Source: Armatimonadota bacterium (GTDB lineage: Bacteria > Armatimonadota > SYMT01). From it: DNA of 64,000 nucleotides. The stretch spans positions 800,001-864,000 of the forward strand of contig JAWLHY010000003.1 in the NCBI GenBank assembly GCA_041690135.1, written 5' to 3'. Made by a program: the position numbers and the translations under genes. Under the pieces are notes generated by a model. That model made no database searches, was not told where the DNA came from, and saw nothing but the letters and a program-made list of their open reading frames with translations. Shown here piece by piece: positions 40,382 to 50,488 of this stretch; positions within the stretch are counted from its first letter, which is position 1; every line of letters starts with the position of its first letter.

Positions 40382-41546
40382 GGAGGGCTACCTCTTCCAG
40401 TCGCGCGCGGAGAGTATTCAGGTCCTTGACCCGCTCCACGCCGGCGATGGAGAAGTCCGGGTGCTCGGGCGCAAACAACCAGCGGGACGTGGCCTGGAGA
40501 TTGAAGCCATCGGTGAGGGCCTGGACGTGGCGGCCGAGCTTTTCCAGCGATGCGGTTACCAGATCCTTCGCACCCTGGCGGGCGGGGTCCACGAAGGCAT
40601 TGGCATAACTTACGGGCTGGCAATGCGGGCGAACTTCCACCAGGATGGCCGCCGGAAGCTGGTGCGCCGCGAAGCTGTTCTGCTTGCCCGAAGGAGTGGT
40701 GAGGGCCGACGCGGCAACCAGGGCGGACACGGCCCGTGCTGCCAGGGCGTGGGCTGCCTGTTCTTCTCCTTCGGCCGGCTCGCGGCGGAACGGTCGTTTA
40801 CCCGTTAGACTATCCCGCAGGCCCTTCACGTCCACGGAGAAGTACTTGTAAAAGCAGGCCGAGTTGAACTCCACGTCGCCGAGCATGTCGGCGCCGGAGT
40901 CGGCTTCTTTCTCCGCATCACCCAGGTCCTGGAGGTCGTCCACCGCCGTGAAGTAGTCGAACTCGTGATCCACCTTGTGCGTGGAGAGGGCGTGAGCCAC
41001 CTGCGCGGACGCTTCCACGTCGCGGAAGGCTGCCGAAGTCGTCATGCGCCCGAAGAGTGCCACGTCGACCGTGAGCTCACGAAAGCCCTTCTGTTCCGCC
41101 TGGGCCTGAAGATCCTTCGCCGGCACCTTCTCCAGTTGCGCAGCCGTTTTTCCCTGCGCCGCTTCTCGCAGCACGGTGGTGACCGCCGCGATGTCCTCCT
41201 CGGTGAGAAACATCGTCTGGGCCGTTTCCAACTGGTCCCGCTCTTTGCCATCCTTCGTGCCGAAGCCGGACACCTTCTTGGCGGCTACCACCGCCAGTTC
41301 GGGAGCCAGACCTTCCGCCAGGAGGCGGTCGCGAACCAACTCGGGAAGGCGGCGGGTCCGCGTGGCTACCTGGCCGTCCATCGCCTCGCGGAACACGGTG
41401 GAACGGCGGATGCTGCGCTTGAGGCACTGGCTGGATATGCGCGCGCGCTTGATCCCTCCGAACATGCACTCTTTCGGGCTGCCCGTATCGTCCCGGTTGA
41501 GGTTGGCGGGCGAATGGTTCTGGATGATGTGAATCTCTACGAGCAT
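40374..41546 (-). CDS. cas7e: Cas7e/Cse4/CasC
   Basis: ANLNRDDTGSPK, RARISSQCLKR, VALFGRM, DYFTAVDD, PSGKQNSFA. Confidence 0.97.
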   Translation of the reverse strand: MLVEIHIIQNHSPANLNRDDTGSPKECMFGGIKRARISSQCLKRSIRRSTVFREAMDGQVATRTRRLPELVRDRLLAEGLAPELAVVAAKKVSGFGTKDGKERDQLETAQTMFLTEEDIAAVTTVLREAAQGKTAAQLEKVPAKDLQAQAEQKGFRELTVDVALFGRMTTSAAFRDVEASAQVAHALSTHKVDHEFDYFTAVDDLQDLGDAEKEADSGADMLGDVEFNSACFYKYFSVDVKGLRDSLTGKRPFRREPAEGEEQAAHALAARAVSALVAASALTTPSGKQNSFAAHQLPAAILVEVRPHCQPVSYANAFVDPARQGAKDLVTASLEKLGRHVQALTDGFNLQATSRWLFAPEHPDFSIAGVERVKDLNTLRARLEEVALHG

Positions 41547-41585
41547 CGTGATCTCTCCTTAGCCGGTGGGAAAACAAACGGGAAT

Positions 41586-42191
41586 TCAGGGTTCGTTGCG
41601 CTCGGGATCGCCGGAGCCGGCAGCCGGGTGCGGGGCGGCGGAAGAAAGGGGCGGAGCGTAGAAGGCAGCGGCCCACTGCTTCTGCACGCGCTTCTCCGGA
41701 TCTCCCCAGCGCTTGAGATCGTGCAGAAGCTGCGGCCAGGCGATGCCGACCTCTTTGGACGCGGCCAGGCGAACCAGTTGGCGGAGGCGGAAAGCCAACT
41801 CTCCGCCTCCGGGCTTCCGGCCTTCCACCAGATCGAACTGGGCATCGAGCAACACGTTGAAGCGTCGTTCCACCCCTTCGCGGTTGGCAAGGCTGCTCAG
41901 GATGGCGAGGGTGTGGCCCAGGTTCTTACCTCGCGCGGGGTGGCGGTTGTGGGGCATCAGCGTAGCGATGAGGAAGTGAATTTCCGCGTCTCTGCCGCGC
42001 TGGTTCTCTTCCAGCAGGCGGTAGAACCAGGAGACGCCGCGCGCCTCCGCTATCGTGCGTCCCGCGTTCCGGCCCAGGGCCGAACGGTAGGCGCGGTCGA
42101 GGTCGCGGACGCGCGCGACAAAGTCCTGGTCCGGATCGCGGTCCTCCACGGGGGGATGCGCCCGGGATTCCGTTGCCGTATCGGTGGTCAC
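41586..42191 (-). CDS. cse2: Cse2/CasB (Cas11)
   Basis: Operon position; VERRFNVLLDA...LRQLVRL...WPQLLHDLKRW...VQKQWAAAFY; GTG start inferred from the RBS. Confidence 0.9.
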   Translation of the reverse strand: MTTDTATESRAHPPVEDRDPDQDFVARVRDLDRAYRSALGRNAGRTIAEARGVSWFYRLLEENQRGRDAEIHFLIATLMPHNRHPARGKNLGHTLAILSSLANREGVERRFNVLLDAQFDLVEGRKPGGGELAFRLRQLVRLAASKEVGIAWPQLLHDLKRWGDPEKRVQKQWAAAFYAPPLSSAAPHPAAGSGDPERNEP

Positions 42192-42193
42192 TC

Positions 42194-43801
42194 TCAATCT
42201 CCCTTCTGCTGGACGGGACGGCCGGAGGCTTTCTTGCCTTTGCCGGAGGGGTTGGCGGGCTGGGGATGGAAAACGCCATACAGCCGACGCCGAAAGTGGG
42301 AACGCGCGAGGACCTGCCGGCGGAGTGCATCTCCGTCCGTGTCGAGCGGTCCCACGGCTGCTTCGAACGCAGCCTGGCTTTCTGCTTCCACCGCCTCCCG
42401 CCAGCGCTCCAGCAAGGGGGTTGCGGCACCAAGCTCGGCGCTCGGATCCAGCGCGGCCAACTCGCGTAACAGCCGATCATAATGCGGCCGCAGCGCCGAC
42501 CAGTAGCCGCTCTCGGCGCGGGCCGCCAACGCGCCAAAGGGGTCCCGGCTGCCTTTCCCGTCGCGGGGGTAAGCCTGGCGGATGGAGCTCCGCAAGGCGT
42601 AAGCCACGGCATCGGCCTGGTCGAGCGCCCGGTCGGCAAAGGTGTGGAAGCTGGTGTTCCAGAGGAGGCGGGTGGGAAGGTTGAGACGCTCCGCCCGCCA
42701 CTCGAACACCTTCATCTTCATGTCCGTCCGCATTCCATAGGCCTGGAGCTGGAGTTCCGGCTGCCGGCCCAACTCGCGGTCGGCGGCCAGGCCGGCAAAC
42801 TGATCCATCACTCGCGGCCGGGCAAAGCGCACCGGGTGCTCGGAGCCGTGGTGCTGCCGCTGACACACCAGCGCGAGTGGACCCGTATCTCGCCAGAGCT
42901 CGCGACCTTCGCGTAACCGGAGCGGCGTGGGGCCTTTCTCCGTAATGCGGTACGGCACGTTGGGATCGTCCCACCAATCGAAGCCGGCGCCGTCTCCCGC
43001 GGAGAAGAGCATCCGGCTAACCCGCATTTCCGTGGGACGGCCGGTGAGGGCACATTCCCCCGGCCCTTCCGGCAGCAAACGCACCCGCCGGGGCCGCCAG
43101 GTCAGGGCTTCCAGCAGATCCGCACTCTCTCGACGCTCGCCACCCGGATCGCGGTCGCTGCGCCACGCGGGCACACCGAGGGCCCGGACGTGCGGCTGCG
43201 GCAGCACACAAGCGTTGAGCAGGAGCGTTTGGAGCAGGGTATTGCCGCGCACCAACACGTACCACGGCGGCGCGCCATTGATGGACGGAGAGAGGCCTGC
43301 ACCGCCGGCGGTCATAAATGGCGCCAGGGTAGTCAAAAGGCGAGCTGCTACCGCCGCATCCACGCCGAACTCGGTCTCCCGGCGGCGATGAAAGTGGAAG
43401 GCGTTCGTTCCGGAAGGAAGCGAGGGAAGCAGCGCTGCCAGCGGCTTCGGCTTCTCGCCGGCCATATCGGGCGTTTGCAGAAACGGGCGCCCCGGGTGGA
43501 AGAGATCAAAGCGATCGCCCCACCGCTCGAAGTAGGCGTCGACCTTCGCCGCATCGAGGCTTCCCGCCTGCAAAAGCTCGCCCAGATCTAACGTATCTTC
43601 CGGCCGAAAGATGTCGAGAACCAGAGCGATGAGCAGGCGGTAGAGGCCGAACTCGGAAAGCGGAAGGGGGTCCCGGATCTCGCGGAGCCGGTGAGCCTGA
43701 AGAAGCACCTCCCGCAGCCCCAGCAAGTCCGGCTTTCGTTCCGGATCGTCCCACACCACCGGGATCCACTTCCGGGATCGCAGATCAAACGTGGGCGTCA
43801 T
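42194..43801 (-). CDS. cse1: Cse1/CasA (Cas8e)
   Basis: FDL..WIPV, RFDLFHPGRPFLQ, GNTLLQTLLLN, LTWRPRRVRL, RELWRD. Confidence 0.93.
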   Translation of the reverse strand: MTPTFDLRSRKWIPVVWDDPERKPDLLGLREVLLQAHRLREIRDPLPLSEFGLYRLLIALVLDIFRPEDTLDLGELLQAGSLDAAKVDAYFERWGDRFDLFHPGRPFLQTPDMAGEKPKPLAALLPSLPSGTNAFHFHRRRETEFGVDAAVAARLLTTLAPFMTAGGAGLSPSINGAPPWYVLVRGNTLLQTLLLNACVLPQPHVRALGVPAWRSDRDPGGERRESADLLEALTWRPRRVRLLPEGPGECALTGRPTEMRVSRMLFSAGDGAGFDWWDDPNVPYRITEKGPTPLRLREGRELWRDTGPLALVCQRQHHGSEHPVRFARPRVMDQFAGLAADRELGRQPELQLQAYGMRTDMKMKVFEWRAERLNLPTRLLWNTSFHTFADRALDQADAVAYALRSSIRQAYPRDGKGSRDPFGALAARAESGYWSALRPHYDRLLRELAALDPSAELGAATPLLERWREAVEAESQAAFEAAVGPLDTDGDALRRQVLARSHFRRRLYGVFHPQPANPSGKGKKASGRPVQQKGD

Positions 43802-46454
43802 CGTATGTTTCCTTCTTTTCAACCAGGCGCACAACACCCAGCTCCGGATCGTCGCGCAAGATCACGGAACGTCCCTGGGCGTCCCGGCCCCGCCACTCCC
43901 GACCGTGCATCCGCACGCTCTGGTGGTGGCGCAGCCAGGCAGGTGAGGCTTCGAGCGGGGGAAAGGGCACTTCCGCCGTGAGATCGCGCAACCACCAGGC
44001 GGGGACCTTCACCTGGCGGCGGAGCAGCCCGCGGAGGTCGGAACGCTTCGGAGCTGTTTCACTCTCCAGCAGCGCCAGGTGGGCGGGGTCCTCCAGGAGC
44101 AAGAGTTGCAGGGTGGGATCGCCCAGCCGCGTTTGCGCGTGGAAATAGCCGGTGGGGCCGCCTTCTTCCCCTTCCCACACCGCTTCCACCATCTCCGCGA
44201 GCACGAAAGTCTTCGCCCGTGGGGCGGCAACCAGGTGCGTGCATGCCTCGGCCGCCGCTTTGCGCCCCAACTCCCGCCGAATCTCGGCGGCTTCCTGCAG
44301 ATCCGGCTCCGATACCACGCCGGCAGGAACCGGCGCGCCATCGTAGCAGGCCGAGATGAGAGGGCGAAAATCCTGCGGCAGACGGAATTCGGAAAGGCCG
44401 GCGAGTAAGGCGTGGGTGCGCAGAAGCGGCTCCTGTGCCTGATAGACGTAAGCGGTGGGCCCAAACTCCAGGGTGCTGTCTTCGGGAAGGAGAACGTGGA
44501 GGACGGCTTCGAGGCCGGTGGGGCGTACGCCGCGCTCGTGCCGGTGGAGACGGCCACATCGCTGCAGCAGCAGGTCTACCGGCGCAATCTGGCTGATGAA
44601 CACGTCGAAGTCCACATCCAGACTCTGTTCGACAACCTGGGTGGCCACCAGGACCGCGCGTGCCGGCCGGGGTGGTCTCCCGTCTTTCCCGGCGTCTTTC
44701 CCAAACAGCCCCACGACCTGGTCTTCCCGATCCTGCCGGTCTCCGGCGGTAAACCGCGCGTGGAACAGAAAGAGGTCGGTATCGGCCAATTGCGGTTCCT
44801 GGCGGACAAGATCCTGGAGCGCGCGGAAGATGGCCTGCGCCTGCCCTACCGTATTGGCAAGCACGCAAGCACACCCGCCGTCCTCAACCGCCTTCAGCGC
44901 CAGGTGCGCGGTGCCCACCGCATCCAGAAGCAGGCCGGGATGCCGCTTCACCAGGATGCGGCGGTCTCGCTCCGGGTCGGCCGGCACCGGTACCGTGCGC
45001 GGGGAGCCGTGCAGGGGGACGTGAGTGAGTAAGGGATAAGCTGCTAGGGGCTCGACTGGCAGCTCCGCACCGTACGCCTGTGCGAGCCGCTGGCGCTGCC
45101 CGGCAGACAGGGTGGCGGAAAGCAGGATGACCGGAACGCCCAGGCAGCGGCACCAGTGCAGGAGACGCTCCAGCAAGACGGTCATGTACTCGTCGTAGGC
45201 ATGGACCTCATCCACGATCAGCACCTTCCGTGACAGCCCCAGCAGCCGCAGGAAGCCATGCTTCACATTGAGCACCGCCATGAGCGCCTGATCGATGGTG
45301 CCCACCCCTTCCGGCGCCAGCAAAGCGCGCTTGGTGTTGCGGAACCAATCCAGCGACAGAGAGCGCTCGCTGGTCCACCCCCTTGCGCCGGCTTCGTCGT
45401 AGGTCTGTGCAGGGGTTGAAGGCGTGACGGCGTCCACCAGCCAGGCCATGCCGTGCACCAGGCGGGGAGCCGGCATTTCCGGCCAGCGCTGCTGGAGAAA
45501 CGTGCTGTAACGGGCATGGATCTGATTGCTGGTGGCGGCGGTGGGGAGTGCCAGGTAAGCGCCCCCGAGGGCCTGCTCCTGTCGCCGCCATTCTTCCGCG
45601 ACGTAGACGGCTCCCTCGGTCTTCCCTTCACCCATGGGCGCTTCCAGGATGAGCAGGCCGGGCGTCAAGCGTCCGGCGCGCGCTTCCGCTTCCAGAGCCC
45701 GCTGCGACGGCCGGAGCCGGGTGCACTCCGGCCAAACGTGTGAGAAGGGGAAGGGCTCTTCGGCGGGATTCACTCCGAGAGGTGCGAGCCCCAAAGAAGC
45801 GACGGCACGCTGCGCTTCCCTGCGAGCTGCCGCAAAATACTCGTGAGGTGAAAGCGAGCGAGCGAGGGAAGGATAGGCATAGAGCTCGTGATTCGAGGCA
45901 ATCCAGTCCGAAAGCACGATCAGCCCGGACAGCCGGAGGCCGGCTACACTGGCATCCGGAAACTGCTCCAGGACAAACGGCTCCAGGGCCAACACGTCCG
46001 CGACCATGGCGGCCATTGCCCGGCGTACGGCCTGCCACTCCTCTTGCCTGGGTCCCGTGTCCGGCAGGGGGGTAGGAGCGAAGTTCCCGTGGTGCCCACT
46101 CACCGCCTGACGGATCACCCTGGCAGCTCGGGTGCCCCACCCGCGGTCGTCCCGCAGATGCGTGAACAACCAGTCCGCGGACCGCTCTTCATGCCGGAAG
46201 GGCTGCGCATCGGTGGGGATGTCGAAACCCTGGTCCCGGAGGGATACGGCAAGCGCCTCATCCTTGTTCTGAAAGTACCGGTCGGCCTTGCCGAGATCGT
46301 GCAGCGCCGCAACCCACAAGAGCCACGACACCGGAAGAGGCGAAACTCCCCCAAACCGCGGAACCAGCGCCTCGCAAACCGCCGCCACGTCCAGCAGGTG
46401 GCACCACAGCGGGTGGTACGGATCCGATTTCGCCCAGAGCTGACGCCAGTCCAT
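43785..46454 (-). CDS. cas3: Cas3 HD nuclease-helicase
   Basis: WAKS..HLLDV, LHDLGKA, GHHG, APMGEGKTE, DEVHAYD, LSAT, ATQVVEQSLDVDFD, QRCGRLHRH. Confidence 0.97.
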   Translation of the reverse strand: MDWRQLWAKSDPYHPLWCHLLDVAAVCEALVPRFGGVSPLPVSWLLWVAALHDLGKADRYFQNKDEALAVSLRDQGFDIPTDAQPFRHEERSADWLFTHLRDDRGWGTRAARVIRQAVSGHHGNFAPTPLPDTGPRQEEWQAVRRAMAAMVADVLALEPFVLEQFPDASVAGLRLSGLIVLSDWIASNHELYAYPSLARSLSPHEYFAAARREAQRAVASLGLAPLGVNPAEEPFPFSHVWPECTRLRPSQRALEAEARAGRLTPGLLILEAPMGEGKTEGAVYVAEEWRRQEQALGGAYLALPTAATSNQIHARYSTFLQQRWPEMPAPRLVHGMAWLVDAVTPSTPAQTYDEAGARGWTSERSLSLDWFRNTKRALLAPEGVGTIDQALMAVLNVKHGFLRLLGLSRKVLIVDEVHAYDEYMTVLLERLLHWCRCLGVPVILLSATLSAGQRQRLAQAYGAELPVEPLAAYPLLTHVPLHGSPRTVPVPADPERDRRILVKRHPGLLLDAVGTAHLALKAVEDGGCACVLANTVGQAQAIFRALQDLVRQEPQLADTDLFLFHARFTAGDRQDREDQVVGLFGKDAGKDGRPPRPARAVLVATQVVEQSLDVDFDVFISQIAPVDLLLQRCGRLHRHERGVRPTGLEAVLHVLLPEDSTLEFGPTAYVYQAQEPLLRTHALLAGLSEFRLPQDFRPLISACYDGAPVPAGVVSEPDLQEAAEIRRELGRKAAAEACTHLVAAPRAKTFVLAEMVEAVWEGEEGGPTGYFHAQTRLGDPTLQLLLLEDPAHLALLESETAPKRSDLRGLLRRQVKVPAWWLRDLTAEVPFPPLEASPAWLRHHQSVRMHGREWRGRDAQGRSVILRDDPELGVVRLVEKKETYDDAHV

Positions 46455-46521
46455 TTCTACTCCCGGAACCCCGCCTACTCGATCAGTGATTGATACTCGA
46501 AAATCCGTTTGCATCCCATAT

Positions 46522-46551
46522 AGCATACATTGCGCGCCATTGCCAGCAATG
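46522..46551 (-). promoter_or_regulatory. Candidate cas3 promoter with an overlapping inverted repeat
   Basis: TTGCTG-N16-TATGCT on the minus strand in an AT-richer patch; CATTGC-CA-GCAATG overlaps the -35 box. Confidence 0.3.
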
Positions 46552-46749
46552 CCTGCAAGCACCCGCCAACTTTTTCGCGTTCTTCGCTCTTTCGCGTTTT
46601 CTCCGGCAGCCTCGGCTACGCCCCTCCGACCGGCCGTTCAGGATTCCGGATTGACCCCTTTTGCACCCATCAGCCCCGTCCGCGTTCTCCTGCAGTCTCT
46701 CCAGGATTCCAGACCGGTTCCATTCGCGACCATTCGCCCCATTCGCGGA

Positions 46750-47754
46750 TCAGGGGTCCCCATACCGCTCCGCGGCGCGGCGGTGCTCTTCGCGGACCCG
46801 TTCCCGCAGCGCCTCGGGGGCTTCCACCACCACGTGGCTCCCGTAGCCGAGGACCCAGCGGGTGAGGTCTCCCTCTCCGGCGACGGTGAGCCGCAGCCGG
46901 ACCTCGCCCCCCGGCAGCTCCTCCAACACCTGTGTGGGGTGCCACGTCCGCTCGTGGATCCAGCGGGCCTGGTAGGCGTCGAAGCGGAGGACCACCTCCT
47001 GCGGCGTGCTGCCGTGCTCCGTCCGGAAGGTGTGCTTCCGGTAAGTCTCGCGGGAAAGCTCCGGGCGCGGGCGGAACCCGGTGTCCAGGACCGTCCACTC
47101 GCGCACCCGGGAGAGCATGAACACGCGGTCGGCATCGCGCCACTCGTCCCAGGCCACGCACATCCAGTCGCCGGCGACATTGGTGAGGAAGTGGGGATGG
47201 ATCACCCGCTCCCCCAACTCGTCGCGACCCGCCGTGTAGTAGAGGATCCGCAGTTTCCGGTGCTCCCGGATCGCCCGGCGGAAGTCGGCCATCAGGGAAG
47301 CCGGCACCGCCACGCTGGTGGCCCCGGCGAACTCGTAGGTATCGGCCACGTCCTCCATGGCCACCTCCACCCCTTCCGGCAGGTGGCGCTGGAGCTTCTC
47401 GATGGCGGTCCGCAGCTCCGCCTCCAGGGGCGATCCCAGGTACTGGCGCGTGACCTCCCGGGCCAGGACCAGGGCCAGCAGCTCTCCCTCCCGGAAGAAG
47501 ACCGCGGGGAGGGCGTAAGTCGGCTCGGTGTAGACGTAGCCTTTCCGCCGGCGGTCGTACCGGATGGGCGCCTCCAGCGAGTCGCGGAGGTAGTCCAGGG
47601 TATCGAAGACGGTCCGCCGGGCGATCCCGAATGCTTCCTGGATGGCGCGGACGTTGGGGCTGCCGCCCTGCCGGATCTGGCGGTCGATCCAGACGACGCG
47701 GGCCCACATCCCGGCGGGGTCGCCGGGCTGACGTTGGGGGGTGCGAGGTTCCAT
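46750..47754 (-). CDS. wHTH-WYL-WCX transcriptional regulator
   Basis: N-terminal HTH (RRTVFDTLDYLRD..API.YD), ERVIHP...WMCVAWD..R..RVFMLSRV, RWVLGYGSHVVVEAPEALR. Confidence 0.92.
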   Translation of the reverse strand: MEPRTPQRQPGDPAGMWARVVWIDRQIRQGGSPNVRAIQEAFGIARRTVFDTLDYLRDSLEAPIRYDRRRKGYVYTEPTYALPAVFFREGELLALVLAREVTRQYLGSPLEAELRTAIEKLQRHLPEGVEVAMEDVADTYEFAGATSVAVPASLMADFRRAIREHRKLRILYYTAGRDELGERVIHPHFLTNVAGDWMCVAWDEWRDADRVFMLSRVREWTVLDTGFRPRPELSRETYRKHTFRTEHGSTPQEVVLRFDAYQARWIHERTWHPTQVLEELPGGEVRLRLTVAGEGDLTRWVLGYGSHVVVEAPEALRERVREEHRRAAERYGDP

Positions 47755-48019
47755 TGAGGAAAGGATAGCGAAGGCAGGGTGCGGTGAGGGTGCACTCTGA
47801 AAAGTCTTCCGTGAGCGTGGCCGGGGAAGGGGATTGCCCGCGGAACACGCGAGCTTGCCCGTATGGGATGGACGCGGAAGGTGGACGGAAAAGGGATGGA
47901 AGGAATTGTTCCGAGACGAGCGAGGGTGGGCTTAATGACTTCTTAAGCACTGTGCTGCGTTTGGCTCACCCCATATGCGCGCGAATCTTGAATCCCTCAA
48001 TGCGGTGCTAACGGAGCTC

Positions 48020-48461
48020 AGTGATCGTTCACCCTGACTGCGCACGGCGTGGTGCGAACACAAAAGCTTGATCCGGTTTGGCCGTGTAACCTCATCCCCG
48101 CCACCCAGAGGGTGCCCCCCACCCAAAGGGTGCCCCCCACCCAAAGGGTGCCCGGTCCGACGCAGAGAGGGGCTATCGGTGTGTGCCCAATCCGGCGGTG
48201 CAATTTCCAGAGATGCCGTCGGCTACGACTGCCGACGTCCTGAACTTCCACCAAGCCTCAGCGCAACCGTGACCGTGGAGTCTGCGAAGACCAACACCAT
48301 TCCTCTACTGCGCGAGGGCTTCCCCCTTCTCTGCGTCGGAGAAGTTTACGCCCCGCGGGGGTGGGGGACCGAGGGGGATGAGGTTACTACGGGCGCCGCA
48401 GCCGTGGATGATAATGGACCAGCGCCTTGTAGAATCCAGGTGGAACGCTGGATGTCGTGTT
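48020..48461. repeat. Giant-spacer cassette A3, with an internal 18-bp x3 tandem repeat
   Basis: Closely similar to A2; CCCCCCACCCAAAGGGTG units at about 48097-48150; followed by a repeat at 48462. Confidence 0.85.
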
Positions 48462-48490
48462 CGGTCCACCCCCACGTGCGTGGGTACCCA

Positions 48491-48894
48491 TTTCCGTGGC
48501 CGTTCACCTCGACGGCACACAACGGGGTGCGGATTACAAGGTCTCGGTCCGGTTTGGCCGTGGAATCTCACCCCAACCCCTCTCCGACGCAGAGAGGGGC
48601 TATCGGCTCGGACACAGTCCGGCGGTACACACACCGGAGATACCGTGAGCTACGACCGCCGAAGTTCTGATCGCCCATCGCTTCGCCCATTCGCGAGCGT
48701 GACCACGCCTCCTGCAAAAGACAAGATTCACTCCGTTCTGAACACGGGCTTCCCCCTTCTCTGTGTCGGAGAAGTTTACGCCCCGCGGGGGTGGGGGATT
48801 GAGGGGGATGAGGTTACCACGGCCACCGAAGCCATTAGCGGTGTCGCACTCCAAGCCTTCCCGACCCCTGGTAAACCGCTGGTTGTCGTGTCGG
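48491..48894. repeat. Giant-spacer cassette A4
   Basis: Shares TGTCGCACTCCAAGCCTT and TTCTGATCGCCCA with A1; between repeats at 48462 and 48895. Confidence 0.85.
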
Positions 48895-50155
48895 CAGTCT
48901 ACCCCCACGTGCGTGGGGACAAGGGCCACGCCCGCTTCCACCTTCACCACGTAGATCGGTTCACCCCCACGTGCGTGGGGACAAGGGCCACGCCCGCTTC
49001 CACCTTCACCACGTAGATCGGTTCACCCCCACGTGCGTGGGGACAACGCGATCTCATCCATCGTCGCTTCAGCCACCAGCGGTTCACCCCCACGTGCGTG
49101 GGGACAACAGGACCGGAACATCCAGCGTGCGGGCCAATACCGGTTCATCCCCACGTGCGTGGGGACAAGCACGCTTCCCAGGCGGCCTTCCGTTCCTCAA
49201 CCGGTTCACCCCCACGTGCGTGGGGACAAGCTACTCGGATAGCAACGTGACGCTGGGCCGCTTCGGTTCACCCCCACGTGCGTGGGGACAAGTCAGGCGA
49301 TCCTCAGGTGGGAGCCGCGCTCCACGGTTCACCCCCACGTGCGTGGGGACAAGTCCGGAATCCCACTCTTCCGGCGCCCCATGGTCCGGTTCACCCCCAC
49401 GTGCGTGGGGACAAGCTGTGCGACCACCTGCGCACCGCCGTATTCATCGGTTCACCCCCACGTGCGTGGGGACAAGAGTGGGTCCAACAGGCTCGTCTCC
49501 GCGCTCACCGGTTCACCCCCACGTGCGTGGGGACAAGCTGGCGCTCACGCTGGAGGTATAGGACATCAACTGGTTCACCCCCACGTGCGTGGGGACAAGG
49601 CGTAGGAGAGGGGCTGGAAGCCCGGCCACGTCTTGCCGGTTCACCCCCACGTGCGTGGGGACAAGGCAAACCGCCCGCGAACCGCCGCCGCCGTCCGCGG
49701 TTCACCCCCACGTGCGTGGGGACAAGATGACGTTCCTCGCGACGATCCATCAGGGACTCGGTTCACCCCCACGTGCGTGGGGACAAGCCCCCTGCCCTGC
49801 GGTTCGGGGTCGGTGTGGTACGGTTCACCCCCACGTGCGTGGGGACAAGCCTGCGGCCTGCAGAGCTGTTTTGGGCAGATACGGTTCACCCCCACGTGCG
49901 TGGGGACAAGGCGATGGCCTCCCGTGGGGAGTTGCAAAACTCCGGTTCACCCCCACGTGCGTGGGGACAAGGAGATGAGATCCGTAGAGAATACCGTGAC
50001 CTACGGTTCACCCCCACGTGCGTGGGGACAAGTTCTCGCCGTTCAGCGCGTATCCGCTCGCGTCCGGTTCACCCCCACGTGCGTGGGGACAAGGGTACCG
50101 GGTTGTCTTCCCTTCCCCCCGCTTTACGGTTCACCCCCACGTGCGTGGGGACAAG
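48895..50155 (-). CRISPR. Type I-E CRISPR array 3, 21 repeats
   Basis: Same repeat as array 1; spacers of 32, 33 and one of 37 bp. Confidence 0.97.
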
Positions 50156-50488
50156 AGCAAACTTAGCGTTTGCAGGTTCCGGCGGGCGGAAGCGGCGGGA
50201 GAGTAGTCGAAATCTCCTTCGGCAGCGGCCAGCCCGGCACCTGCCGGGAGAAATAGTTGTCGTCCGCCCGCAGAACCAGGCCTTCCAGGAACTTGAATCC
50301 TACCGGAGCACCCGCGAACCGCCGCGCTCGGACCTTCTTCCCCTTCTTCTGTTCCCCTTCTTCCGTTCCCCTTCTTCCGCCCACCTCTTCCGCTGCCCTT
50401 CTAACGCCCCCCCTTCTTCCGTTCCCTTTTCCGCGCCTTTCCGCGTGTTCCGCGGGCAATAACCCGTCCCCCTCTTCCGCAGTCGTGT

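Noticed and set aside
31684-50155. Self-targeting spacers or spacers shared between arrays
   Set aside because: None found by eye (only an 11-nt ATAGGACATCA overlap between one array 2 and one array 3 spacer); a BLAST search is needed to exclude them
31849-50462. Many ORFs with repeating VHPHVRGDK / SPPRAWG / FTPTCVG peptides
   Set aside because: Translations of CRISPR repeats, not genes
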